DNA of 64,000 nucleotides from an uncultured archaeon (GCA_964590155.1 CAZPWC010000001.1:9651-73650); one strand, 5' to 3'. Numbered from the stretch's first letter, positions 45,887-55,590 are shown. A program made the numbers and translations. Notes: generated from the letters alone by a model not told the origin.

Positions 45887-47443
45887 TTAGTAAGAGGCCT
45901 TTTTATTGGAAAAAGCCTTTACTTGGGGTTGGGGCAAAGACATTTCTTGAGAAAAACGCTTAGCTAGGGACAATGGGGAAAAACCCTTAATTAAAGCAGA
46001 ACGCTTATCAGCATGCAAAACACGATAACCCTTCTCTCGAGAAAATTCCCTAAACTTAAACAAAGTAGCTTCTTGAATACTAACAATTGTTTTAGCCAAA
46101 GAGGGAGAATAAAACCTTGAATTAAGATTAACTAATTGGAATGGGATTTCAGCAACCAAAAGGCTAAATGCCTTAAAAGAATAATCCGCAAATAAAAAGC
46201 CAAAATCACTTGAACCAAACAAACTCTGCTGGGGCTCAAGGAGAATCTCTGAGAGTTGAGAAATCTTTTCCGAAACCTTATCAATCTCGGAACTAAAAAA
46301 ACTTTCATTATGCAAACAAAACCATTCAGGTTTATGACTTTTCCCCAAAATGACGGAACTTTCTTCTAAAAGTTTTTTTGCATCAAGCAAAGGAACAAAA
46401 GCAGAAATTCCTTTACTAAAAGGACCAATAGGCTTTGACGTTAAAAAGAATTTGTTCTTTTTTTCAAGACGCAACTCTTTATTGGCATTAATTAAATCAA
46501 ATTCTTCTGAAAAAGAAGGGGAAGAGGACTCGTAAAAGAAATCATCCTCTTGAAAAATTACTTCAATTAAAGAAGAGGGCAATAAATTTTTGTCCTCCAA
46601 AGTGAAAGGTTTACAACACTGACAATTCTTTGTTTCATGACCCACATTAAAAAACCTTTTTGAAAAAAGCTGAACCCAAACAGGAGAAAAATCAATTGAA
46701 GAAACCTTATCAAAAACAAAAGGAATTCTTTGATGAAAACTAGTTACTTTTTCGTTAGGTTCCCAAGAAACAAAACCAGCATTACGAAAAAACAAATTTT
46801 GCAGAAAAATTTCTTCCTGCTCATTTTTTTCCCTCGGCACTAAATCCATAGGAACTGACAAAACAGAAGAAAGAGCAGCACGCTCAACTAAAAACAATGC
46901 CTGCTCTTTATCAAGACGCATCGCTTCAAAAAAAGACATTTCTTGAAAAACAGAAAAAGCCACATCTTTTTTGAAAGAATCAACCTTCACAATGGAACCA
47001 TTAAAATAAGCAAAAGAGTCAAAATAACTCCAATTCTTTTCAAGCAAAAACTGCCTCTCTGGCTCAATCACTAAAGGCAATTTTCCTAAACAGCCCGCCA
47101 AAGCATTAGCGATTGTTTTCAAGGACGAAACTGAAGAAGCCTGAACACAAACAAAACTCTGTTTTGTAGTTATTTGAAACCTTTTTATTTTCAAATCCAA
47201 AAGCAAATCCTTTACCTTTTCAGAATCAATTGTTTTTGGCAAAGCAAGGAAAGGAAAAAATTTAAAACGCTGAACAAACTTATTACTTTTATTTGAAAAC
47301 TCTGTGAAAATCTCTTTCTTTTCTTCATTAAAAGAAACCCTTGTTAAAAACAATAAATCTTTTGACGAAATATCTTTTGACGAAATATCTTTTGACGAGT
47401 TAAACTCGTTAACCGAAGCGAATGCTTCATTATGTTGGGACAT
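45887..47443 (-). CDS. inactivated, truncated family B DNA polymerase homologue
   Basis: IDFSPVW...NVGHETKNCQCC (motif A region), WFC, RFYSPSLAKTI, GYRVLHADKRSALI (motif C without DTD). Confidence 0.65.
   Translation of the reverse strand: MSQHNEAFASVNEFNSSKDISSKDISSKDLLFLTRVSFNEEKKEIFTEFSNKSNKFVQRFKFFPFLALPKTIDSEKVKDLLLDLKIKRFQITTKQSFVCVQASSVSSLKTIANALAGCLGKLPLVIEPERQFLLEKNWSYFDSFAYFNGSIVKVDSFKKDVAFSVFQEMSFFEAMRLDKEQALFLVERAALSSVLSVPMDLVPREKNEQEEIFLQNLFFRNAGFVSWEPNEKVTSFHQRIPFVFDKVSSIDFSPVWVQLFSKRFFNVGHETKNCQCCKPFTLEDKNLLPSSLIEVIFQEDDFFYESSSPSFSEEFDLINANKELRLEKKNKFFLTSKPIGPFSKGISAFVPLLDAKKLLEESSVILGKSHKPEWFCLHNESFFSSEIDKVSEKISQLSEILLEPQQSLFGSSDFGFLFADYSFKAFSLLVAEIPFQLVNLNSRFYSPSLAKTIVSIQEATLFKFREFSREKGYRVLHADKRSALIKGFSPLSLAKRFSQEMSLPQPQVKAFSNKKASY
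47357..47398. repeat. 15-bp tandem repeat (~2.8 copies) in the PolB-like N-terminus
   Basis: atcttttgacgaaat x2 + atcttttgacga; encodes SSKDISSKDISSKD. Confidence 0.9.
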
Positions 47444-47538
47444 AAAACAAGAGGAAATTCCTTCTTTTAAAGCCGTTTCGGAAGTGCCGTGCCAGCGGTT
47501 ATATGAAATTTATATTGCACAATCGGGACTAACTAGTT

Positions 47539-49059
47539 TTAAAGAAAAGAATCAGCTTCTTCACTTTTTTTGTCAACATCAGTGGCAAATCTTTTTGCAG
47601 CTTCTTCTAAAGTAATTTCGTGTTTTGAGGGTTGGGATTTTCTTAAACGAACTTTGAAAAAAGTAGGGGCGCCAACTGCTTCACCAACAATTAATGCCTC
47701 TCCAACGCGCAAAGAAGAAATCATATTAATACTACCAACATCAAGACCCTCACTACTTTGCTTAATGTGATCAAGGTCATAAGGATTAGTAATACGCAAA
47801 ATTAAATTAGTATTACAATTAGCAAGTGTAGTTGTGTCAAGTCTTTTTGGTCTTTGAGAAATAATAACTAATGCTGCGCCAAACTTTCTACCCTCACGCG
47901 CGATAGTTCTAAGAGTTGGTTTTGCAATAGCAAAATCCTTGCTCGTTGATTCAGGAATAAAATTGTGGGCCTCTTCAATAAACAAAGCAAAAGGAGGAAC
48001 TTTTTTGTGCCTTCTTTCATAAAACAATCTGCTGGCAAAATAAGCAACCATTACTTGTTTCTTTTTTTCGCCAATAACACTATTCAAATCAATAACTGTT
48101 AACTGCCCCTGCTTTGCTAAATCTTCTACAGAAGGAGAATCAATTTTCGAAAACAAATGAAGCTCTTCTAATTCTGACAAGATGCCTAACAAGGTTTCCG
48201 CGGTTTTTGAGTTAGAAGAAGAAGCTAACTCTGATTTAATATCATTCAAATCAAAAGGACCAACCCCTGATTTCATTTCACTATTTAATTTAGTAATAAC
48301 ATTTGCAAGCTCACGCTTTTGCGGAGCTGAAAGCTCTGGAAGAAGCTGTGCTAGTAAACCGGAAGTTAATTTTGAGCAAGCAATCCTAATTTTTGTCGCA
48401 TCAATAATTCTTGTTTTTGAAGAAAAATCAACAAAAGGAGCTTTTGCTGGCTCACCAAAACAAGTATACTCCCCATGCGTATCAAAAACAACAACCGCTA
48501 TTTGCCCTTCATCATTTTCACGTGACAAAAGTTCTTCCATTAAAACAGAAACAGCATAAGATTTTCCCGCACCAGACATTGCCAAAATAGCTAAATGTTT
48601 TTGCAAAAGTTTTGATAAATTAATTTTCATCTCAACATCGTGAAAATTTATTCGCCCTAAATTCAATCCTTTTTCTTGAAGACCCAAAAACTTTTTTACA
48701 TTATCATCCGTTGCTTTGAAAACTTTTGTCCCAGGGGAAGGAGGAAAAGTAGAACGCGCAATTGGCATACCCTCAACAAAAATACCTAATGGTTTTCCTT
48801 TGCCTAATAAAAATTCCCAATCACTCGCAGGAAAATTCTTTTGCAAATCATCCCCAATCGCTTTAACTGAATCGGGCCTTTCAAAATAACGATTTGTCTT
48901 AACAACATCCTCAACCAAACAAACCATTGTGCCCTCAGAATAATCTAATTCTACAAACATTCCTTTATGCACCTTGCCCTCATTAACAACAAAAGAAACT
49001 GTTGAAGGGGAAGGGCCATCAATTGAGGAAACAATTGTCCCTAAAGATTCACGAACCAT
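47539..49059 (-). CDS. herA: HerA DNA translocase/helicase
   Basis: HAS barrel, KHLAILAMSGAGKS, IEEAHNF, IAREGRKFG, SQRP. Confidence 0.93.
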   Translation of the reverse strand: MVRESLGTIVSSIDGPSPSTVSFVVNEGKVHKGMFVELDYSEGTMVCLVEDVVKTNRYFERPDSVKAIGDDLQKNFPASDWEFLLGKGKPLGIFVEGMPIARSTFPPSPGTKVFKATDDNVKKFLGLQEKGLNLGRINFHDVEMKINLSKLLQKHLAILAMSGAGKSYAVSVLMEELLSRENDEGQIAVVVFDTHGEYTCFGEPAKAPFVDFSSKTRIIDATKIRIACSKLTSGLLAQLLPELSAPQKRELANVITKLNSEMKSGVGPFDLNDIKSELASSSNSKTAETLLGILSELEELHLFSKIDSPSVEDLAKQGQLTVIDLNSVIGEKKKQVMVAYFASRLFYERRHKKVPPFALFIEEAHNFIPESTSKDFAIAKPTLRTIAREGRKFGAALVIISQRPKRLDTTTLANCNTNLILRITNPYDLDHIKQSSEGLDVGSINMISSLRVGEALIVGEAVGAPTFFKVRLRKSQPSKHEITLEEAAKRFATDVDKKSEEADSFL

Positions 49060-49120
49060 ACTAATCAATAACAAAAAAGTGGTAAGTTGCTTTTAAATAA
49101 TTACTTAGTGCCATGCCGAG

Positions 49121-49852
49121 CTATAAAAACAAAGAAAGCAAAAAAGCGAGCGGAAAAAGGACAAATTGGTGAGCTAAGTAAAAAAGCAGGGACTTTTTTC
49201 CAATATTTGAAATAAAGGAAAGACTTTTTGGAACAGCTAATTTTGATAAAAAAACTTGTTTTTTGAGCGCCAAGTTCCCAAAAAATAACCCTATTAAAAA
49301 AATACCAAACCACGGAACTACAGAAACAAAATCTAAAGCAGATAAAGGAGTTCCAAAACCGAGCCAGAAAAATGGGCCAGCATTAATTTTTGACAAATTA
49401 ATAAATAATGGCAAGAAAGTTATGAACAATCCTGCCAACAAAGAGATCTTTGGAAATTTAACAAAAATGTTCCCAACAATCCAAGAAAAAAGAATTAAAT
49501 GGATAACTCCAAAATAAATAAATTGATTTGGAAATGACAAAAAAGTAAAAATAGTTATTCCTAACGAAGCTGCAAGCAAAATGATTAAGTGCTTTAGTAA
49601 TTTTTGGAAGGACTTATTTTTTTGAACAAAAAGAAAAAAAGAAACCCCTGAAATAAAAATGAAGGAAAACAAAATTGATTTCTGAAACAACCCAAAAAAA
49701 CCAGAATACAAGCTTACTGAAATTATGCCAAAATAATTCAAATCCCACAAAAAATGAAACAAAAACATCATGCAAAGAGCTAAGCCGCGAAAGGCATCAA
49801 TTAACTGGATACGTGGCGCCTTAAAATCACTAAAAAGATTTTTAAAAAACAT
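49121..49852 (-). CDS. DUF1624 / HGSNAT catalytic-domain membrane protein
   Basis: RIQLIDAFRGLALCMMFLFHF.WD, IYFGVIHLI, GKKSLLFYLAHQ. Confidence 0.85.
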   Translation of the reverse strand: MFFKNLFSDFKAPRIQLIDAFRGLALCMMFLFHFLWDLNYFGIISVSLYSGFFGLFQKSILFSFIFISGVSFFLFVQKNKSFQKLLKHLIILLAASLGITIFTFLSFPNQFIYFGVIHLILFSWIVGNIFVKFPKISLLAGLFITFLPLFINLSKINAGPFFWLGFGTPLSALDFVSVVPWFGIFLIGLFFGNLALKKQVFLSKLAVPKSLSFISNIGKKSLLFYLAHQFVLFPLAFLLSLFL

Positions 49853-49860
49853 AAAATTTA

Positions 49861-50031
49861 TTATTTTGGAAAAAACATTCTTCTAATAAGGGCTTCTCTT
49901 CGCCTCTTACTCAGAGCTTTAGCACCAGCTTTTTTTAAAGCACGGCCCCGAATCACAGCTTGTCTTGATTTAGCCCAAATTGCTTCACTACTTTTTCTGA
50001 CATCAACCATTTGTTCTTTTGAATTTGGCAT
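49861..50031 (-). CDS. small Arg-rich protein (56 aa)
   Basis: Own translation: MPNSKEQMVDVRKSSEAIWAKSRQAVIRGRALKKAGAKALSKRRREALIRRMFFPK; fills the operon gap; GGTG upstream. Confidence 0.6.
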   Translation of the reverse strand: MPNSKEQMVDVRKSSEAIWAKSRQAVIRGRALKKAGAKALSKRRREALIRRMFFPK

Positions 50032-50689
50032 TCAACACACCTAACACTTTGTATATATCATTAAGAGTATTTATTTCAAACTCTGGCTTAACTTTGGCCA
50101 AATCATAACTCTTTTTTGGGCGATTAAGCCAACAAGCATGCATCCCTACATTTTGCGCACCAGCAACATCACTCCTCAAAGAATCCCCGACCATTAATGC
50201 TTCATATGGAGAAACACCAAAGTTTTTCAATACAACTTCGAATATTGTTTTTTCGGGTTTTATAGATCCAACATCACAACTCAAGCACAAAAAGTCAAAG
50301 TACTTCACAATCGGAATTTTTTCTTTTACTTTATCAAAAGCAATATTTTCTGTATTGGAAAGCAACGCTAATTTGTATCCTTGGTTTCTTAACTTTGTTA
50401 GATTTTCTTCAATATCGGGAAAAAAATAAATTTTGTCCAAACGATTAACATAAATTTCATACAATTCTTGCTCTAATAACAAATTATCAACTTGATCAAA
50501 CGCCGCAAAAAAAGTTTTTCTTAATTCTTCAAAAGAATTAATCCTTTTTTTCTGGATAGTTGATTCATACTTTGGAATAAGTTCCGCAAGAGACATGTGC
50601 TGCTTTTTTGTAATATAAACCAAATGAGGCCAATCAATAGAGGTGGGAACTAAAGTATTCCACAAATCAAAAACAATTAATTTAATCAC
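50003..50689 (-). CDS. HAD family hydrolase
   Basis: FDLWNTL, LLSN, KPEK, MVGDSLRSDVAGA. Confidence 0.92.
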   Translation of the reverse strand: MIKLIVFDLWNTLVPTSIDWPHLVYITKKQHMSLAELIPKYESTIQKKRINSFEELRKTFFAAFDQVDNLLLEQELYEIYVNRLDKIYFFPDIEENLTKLRNQGYKLALLSNTENIAFDKVKEKIPIVKYFDFLCLSCDVGSIKPEKTIFEVVLKNFGVSPYEALMVGDSLRSDVAGAQNVGMHACWLNRPKKSYDLAKVKPEFEINTLNDIYKVLGVLNAKFKRTNG

Positions 50690-50732
50690 CCAACCACCCA
50701 AACATGAAAAACTCAAAAAATAATTTAATTAC

Positions 50733-51812
50733 CTACCCAAAAGGCCGATTGTTTCTTCGCATCTGCGCTTTTGGACCCAATTTATCAAGTAATTTATCAA
50801 AAACAACGTTTATATCTTCTTCGTTAAGACGAGCACGCAAATCAGCTTCAATCAAAATACTAGGGTAAGAATATTCTCTGTGAAGAGAAGAAAGAGAAAA
50901 AACAATTGAAGCGATTTCATCCGCTTTGGAAGAAAGTTCGGATTTGTTCTTGCAAATAAACTCAACGCGCAAAGGCTTATCAAACTGTGAAGCCTTCAAG
51001 TAAAAAACACTAATGGATTCAGACCATTCTTTAGGATAATCTTTCAAAATAGCGTGGTTGTCAATTTTTTCGGTGTAAGAAAAAGCAAAAGTGCGCTCTC
51101 CTGGAAGTAAAAAATAATCCAATAAAGAAGCATCAAAAAAACCCGCAAGATCATTACCCAACGCAACAGGGTTTTTTGGTAAAATCTTTTCGCGCAAAAG
51201 TTCAACAAATCTTTTTCCGCGCGAATCCTCAACACAAGAAATAATTGTGCAATTATTTTCTTCCGCGGTTTTGTAAAACTTCTGAAACAAGTGAATAATT
51301 CCTTGATAATCAGAACTAAGCTCTGAATTATCGCGAGGTTTGTCCTTGTATTGAGGAACTATTGACCCATCAACAAAAGCGTACTTGGGCTTGGACTTTT
51401 TTATAATATCAATTGACAAAGAAACCTCTTTTTTTAAGCGCTCAAAAGAAACACTCTGTAATTCTTCATCACTCTCAAGACCCTGCCGCAACATAATTGG
51501 CTCTGGAAAAGAAAAAGCCGAAGGAAAATAATCCGCTTTTTTAAGAAAACCCCCATCTAGAGAAAAAACTACACCCGCAACACGAACAAAAGCCAAATCA
51601 ATAAAAGAAAGCTTTTTTGACACAAACCCTGAATCAACACCTGAAACAACACAAGAAAGGGACTGCTTTTTTACTGAAACAACAATATTTTCCAAACCAT
51701 TAGGAGAAATAACTCCCTTTAATGGAAGAATTTTTTGGGAAATGCTAGAAAGAGAAGCATTGTTGGCAAAAATTGCTTTCGAAGCAACGTCAATAAAATC
51801 ATCTATCTGCAT
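50733..51812 (-). CDS. nurA: NurA nuclease
   Basis: GVDSG, FVDGS, PLRVEF, YSYPSILIEADLRAR. Confidence 0.9.
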   Translation of the reverse strand: MQIDDFIDVASKAIFANNASLSSISQKILPLKGVISPNGLENIVVSVKKQSLSCVVSGVDSGFVSKKLSFIDLAFVRVAGVVFSLDGGFLKKADYFPSAFSFPEPIMLRQGLESDEELQSVSFERLKKEVSLSIDIIKKSKPKYAFVDGSIVPQYKDKPRDNSELSSDYQGIIHLFQKFYKTAEENNCTIISCVEDSRGKRFVELLREKILPKNPVALGNDLAGFFDASLLDYFLLPGERTFAFSYTEKIDNHAILKDYPKEWSESISVFYLKASQFDKPLRVEFICKNKSELSSKADEIASIVFSLSSLHREYSYPSILIEADLRARLNEEDINVVFDKLLDKLGPKAQMRRNNRPFG

Positions 51813-51986
51813 AAGAAAGAAAGCAAATATTCAATATAAAAGGGTTATTAGGGATTCATGCCGAGAAAGAAAACAAAACAAACCCAAAAAAGTTAGCGGA
51901 AAAAGGATTGTCCGAAAAAAGACAAAGAAAAACAACATATTTATAAACAAAACAAACATTTATAGATTAGAAAAAAGGGTGTTGAC

Positions 51987-52403
51987 ATGAAATTAAGATT
52001 TGAAGTTAGAAGCATAAAGCAAAAATGGAAACCTCCATTCACAAAAGACATAACTGATGAAATATTTGACGTAGAAGAGGGAGAAAGCTTTGACAAAATA
52101 CAGGGAAATGGGAACAGTGACGCGGTATTTGTTTTAATGAAAAATGCTGGAGACAAAGTAGTGCTGAAATACTCAAGATTATTTACTTTAAAAGTGCCAC
52201 AACCAGGCGATAAAATAGTAACACTAAAAACTGACGATCCCCTATCAATGACGTATATGTGGGGAGAAGACGGAATAACAAAAAGAATAACCTACAAAGG
52301 AATCGCTCCTGCCGCAGTACAAAAAAGCGATGCAACACAAGACGAAACTGAAAAAGAAGAAGCACTTGAACAAGAAATAAATGAACAAGAACAAATACAG
52401 TAA
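51987..52403 (+). CDS. hypothetical protein with acidic tail
   Basis: 138-aa ORF, GGGTG SD-like motif. Confidence 0.7.
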   Translation: MKLRFEVRSIKQKWKPPFTKDITDEIFDVEEGESFDKIQGNGNSDAVFVLMKNAGDKVVLKYSRLFTLKVPQPGDKIVTLKTDDPLSMTYMWGEDGITKRITYKGIAPAAVQKSDATQDETEKEEALEQEINEQEQIQ

Positions 52404-52516
52404 AACAAACTGTAAAAAAACAAAGAAATTTCTTTGAAAAATACTAATCAGCAAAGAAAGTTAAATATCACAAACAACCGAGCTATTTAAAAAAACTCAG
52501 ATGAATAAAAATTCAT

Positions 52517-52816
52517 ATGAAAAACCATTTTCCGCACAAATGCTTCAATGTTTTAGGAAACGAAGTTAGGTGCAACATACTTGAACTGCTTAGAAAAAAA
52601 CCTTTAACAGTGCAAGAACTGTGCGGACAACTAAACAAAGAACAAAGCACAATAAGCCATGCGCTGCAACAGCTAAGAGAATGCAAATTTGTTTCCTGCA
52701 CCAAAAAAGGAAAAGAAAGAGAATATTACTTATCATCAGAAATATTTACACACGCAAGTGCAAAACCATTATTTGAATTAATAGAAGAACACGCAAGAAA
52801 AAATTGCGGACAATAA
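52517..52816 (+). CDS. ArsR/SmtB family regulator
   Basis: FNVLGNEVRCNILELL, QSTISHALQQLR...KKGKEREYYL. Confidence 0.9.
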   Translation: MKNHFPHKCFNVLGNEVRCNILELLRKKPLTVQELCGQLNKEQSTISHALQQLRECKFVSCTKKGKEREYYLSSEIFTHASAKPLFELIEEHARKNCGQ

Positions 52817-52831
52817 AAAAAGATGATAACT

Positions 52832-53188
52832 ATGCCCCTACCAAAACGAAAACAAGATTCCGGATTGCTTCAAAGACTTCGATGGAAACAAGAAGATTGG
52901 GCAGAGAGAACAGCCCCCCTTGCAGCAAAAAGAGACATAGCAGGAAGAATAAAATACCTAAGACTTTTGAAAAGAGAACAACTATACTGGGGAAGATTAT
53001 ATAGAACATTTATTACAAAAGTGGACAAAGCCCACGGGATGGATAAAACAACTTACGCAAACGCAGCAAGAGAATGTGAAAAGCAATTTGATGAATTAAG
53101 AGAACTAATTGAAGGAAAAGAAGGAGTAAAGAAAGGCTTGACAAAAGCCCTAAGCAAAGATCTGCGCAAACCAAAAAAAACTGAATAA
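52832..53188 (+). CDS. Arg-rich hypothetical protein (MPLPKRK...)
   Basis: 118-aa ORF directly after arsR. Confidence 0.65.
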   Translation: MPLPKRKQDSGLLQRLRWKQEDWAERTAPLAAKRDIAGRIKYLRLLKREQLYWGRLYRTFITKVDKAHGMDKTTYANAARECEKQFDELRELIEGKEGVKKGLTKALSKDLRKPKKTE

Positions 53189-53308
53189 TTAAACACTAAC
53201 AAATAAGCACTCAAAAAAGCAATTTATAAAAAATACCAAAAAATAAGCAACCAAAGGCCTGTTAACTCCCAAGACAAGTTTAAAACCACTTACAGTAATT
53301 AATAGAAT

Positions 53309-53650
53309 ATGGAACTAACACAATACATTATAGTTAATGCAGGACTTGGCATGAACAAAGGAAAAATAGCGGCCCAAGCAGCACACGCATCTGTGAGCGT
53401 ACTTGACAAAGTAGATAATGAACTTATTGAAGAATGGAAAGAAAGCGGAATGAAAAAAATTGTTCTAAAAGTAAAAGACGAAAAAGAACTATTAGAACTA
53501 TTTATGAGAACAAAAATAGAGTTCCCCTGCGCACTCATAACTGATGCGGGAAAAACACAAATAGCCCCAGGAAGCAAAACCTGCTTTGCCTGCGGACCAT
53601 GCGAAGAAAACAAAGCACAAAAGTACTTTGCGAAACTAAAGCTACTTTAA
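53309..53650 (+). CDS. pth2: peptidyl-tRNA hydrolase Pth2
   Basis: MNKGKIAAQAAHA, KIVLKV, DAGKTQIAPGS.T...GP. Confidence 0.95.
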   Translation: MELTQYIIVNAGLGMNKGKIAAQAAHASVSVLDKVDNELIEEWKESGMKKIVLKVKDEKELLELFMRTKIEFPCALITDAGKTQIAPGSKTCFACGPCEENKAQKYFAKLKLL

Positions 53651-53670
53651 ATATTATCAAGTGTGATTAG

Positions 53671-53988
53671 ATGCCAAGACCGACGATAAGAATACTACAA
53701 GAACAAAGAGTAAGAAATCAGGGGGAACAACACAAAATATTAAGTCAACTGGAAATAGCAAGCGCAATGAGAAAACTAAAAAGAGAACGCAAGCTAATGA
53801 GAGTGCTTAGAAGAACAATGATTATTGACGAGGAAATACTTGGAAAAATACTTGCAGCAAAGAGTGTAACATTAAAGCCAGGTACAGCGGAATGGCAAAA
53901 GGCACATGAAGAAATGATCGGAGCATTCATGGAAGCTGAAAGACTTGACAGAGATGTTGAAATAGAAAGAAAGAAAAGAAAAAGGTGA
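53671..53988 (+). CDS. Arg-rich hypothetical protein (MPRPTIR...)
   Basis: 105-aa ORF between pth2 and the GTPase gene. Confidence 0.65.
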   Translation: MPRPTIRILQEQRVRNQGEQHKILSQLEIASAMRKLKRERKLMRVLRRTMIIDEEILGKILAAKSVTLKPGTAEWQKAHEEMIGAFMEAERLDRDVEIERKKRKR

Positions 53989-53992
53989 AAAA

Positions 53993-54757
53993 ATGGTTGA
54001 AGGATTTTTAAAACACGTAAATATACTAATCAATGAAAGTGATTTGATAATAGAAATACTTGACGCAAGAAGGCCTGATGAGACAAGAAATAAAGACCTT
54101 GAACGAATACTTATCGGGCGAAGAAAAAAACTATTGCTTGTGATAAACAAATCCGACCTGGTAGAAAAAGAAGCGCTGGAAAAGAAAAAAAATGAAATTG
54201 AACGGCAAACAAAATCCAAAGTTATTTTTGTCTCCGCGCTGAAAAAAGATGGAATAAATATGATAAGAAGACAAGTTGCCGCCGCAAAACAAAAAGACAA
54301 AAAATTAACAATCGGAATTATTGGTTACCCTAACGTTGGAAAAAGCACTCTGATAAATACATTAGCTGGAAAAGGAAGAGGACGCGTAGCAACATCAAGA
54401 AAAGCGGGACTAACTAGAGGAATAACCAGAGTCAAAATAACTGACGGAGTGTATCTAATTGATAGTCCGGGAATAATTCCAAGAATGGAAGACGAATTTG
54501 ATTTATTTTTGGTGGAATCGAAAAACCCAAACCAGTTAAAAAACGTGGAAAGAGTTGCACTAAAATTAATACAATACTTAGGAAAAGAATTCATTGCCAA
54601 AAACTTCGGAATAGAAAACTTTGAAGAGCTTGATGAAGAAGAACTACTAGACGAAATCGGCCGCAAAAAAAACCTCTTAGTAAAAGGAGGAAACCCTGAT
54701 ATGGGAAAAGCGGCAAGATTCTTACTCGAAAAATACCAAAAACACGAGTTGAAATGA
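53993..54757 (+). CDS. circularly permuted GTPase (RbgA/YlqF family)
   Basis: LDAR, NKSDL, GYPNVGKSTLIN, DSPG. Confidence 0.93.
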   Translation: MVEGFLKHVNILINESDLIIEILDARRPDETRNKDLERILIGRRKKLLLVINKSDLVEKEALEKKKNEIERQTKSKVIFVSALKKDGINMIRRQVAAAKQKDKKLTIGIIGYPNVGKSTLINTLAGKGRGRVATSRKAGLTRGITRVKITDGVYLIDSPGIIPRMEDEFDLFLVESKNPNQLKNVERVALKLIQYLGKEFIAKNFGIENFEELDEEELLDEIGRKKNLLVKGGNPDMGKAARFLLEKYQKHELK

Positions 54758-54758
54758 A

Positions 54759-55472
54759 ATGGCGAAACAATTTCGAAACGGAATAAAACGATTTGAATTT
54801 GTTGGAAAAGGCGCTTTTACAAGACCAAAACTAATTCTTGCAAACCCCCAAAGAAAAAAACAAAGTCCTTTAACCGGAAAAGTTGTAAAACAACTGTATG
54901 GGAAAGTAACAAAAGAAGAACTTTCACGAATCAAAAATCTTATTGCAACCTATCAAGAAATGCTTCAAACTGCAGGAGTGGCAGTTATTGAAACCCACGT
55001 TAGAGGCGGATTGAAATCAAAAGGAAAATTTGGTGTTGCACTAATTCAAGAATATGTCCCAGAAAAGCAAGTGCTAAAAAATGTTATTTCTAATTGCTCA
55101 ACCAAAGAAGCGGTAAATTTATTCAGAGAGGTTATGGACATAATAGAACGAGTAAATGAATACAACAAACACGGACCAGGACAAATTGGTTTAGATGTTA
55201 CAATAAAAAATTTTGCTTTAGTAGAAAACAAAATTACCTTAATTGACACATACCCTCCTTTTGTAAGAAACGTTACAACAAGAATCGAACCCGAAGATTA
55301 CACGGGGCGAAAAAGACATTGGTACCAACGAGTTTTTGGAAATATATTTAAAAGTCGCCGAAGCAGAATAGGAAAAATGAGGATCGAAAAAAAGTTCAAT
55401 CATGATAAACAAATACAAATTGCCAAAGAACAATTTCTTTTAGCAAGACAAGACCTTAAAGGACTTATATAA
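54759..55472 (+). CDS. protein-kinase-like protein, basic
   Basis: GKGAF Gly loop, VVK, LIQEYV, GLDVTIKNF, LIDTYP. Confidence 0.65.
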   Translation: MAKQFRNGIKRFEFVGKGAFTRPKLILANPQRKKQSPLTGKVVKQLYGKVTKEELSRIKNLIATYQEMLQTAGVAVIETHVRGGLKSKGKFGVALIQEYVPEKQVLKNVISNCSTKEAVNLFREVMDIIERVNEYNKHGPGQIGLDVTIKNFALVENKITLIDTYPPFVRNVTTRIEPEDYTGRKRHWYQRVFGNIFKSRRSRIGKMRIEKKFNHDKQIQIAKEQFLLARQDLKGLI

Positions 55473-55473
55473 C

Positions 55474-55590
55474 TTAAAGTTCTCTAAACAATTCAATTAG
55501 CTCTTTTAGAATTACTTTCTTTTTTAGGGATTTTTCTTTTGGCAGTCTTGAGCGCAGCTCTGAAATAATGTCATCATTTGTTAGTTTCAT
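55474..55590 (-). CDS. possible 38-aa peptide
   Basis: Own translation: MKLTNDDIISELRSRLPKEKSLKKKVILKELIELFREL; TTTAAA about 25-30 nt upstream. Confidence 0.4.
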   Translation of the reverse strand: MKLTNDDIISELRSRLPKEKSLKKKVILKELIELFREL

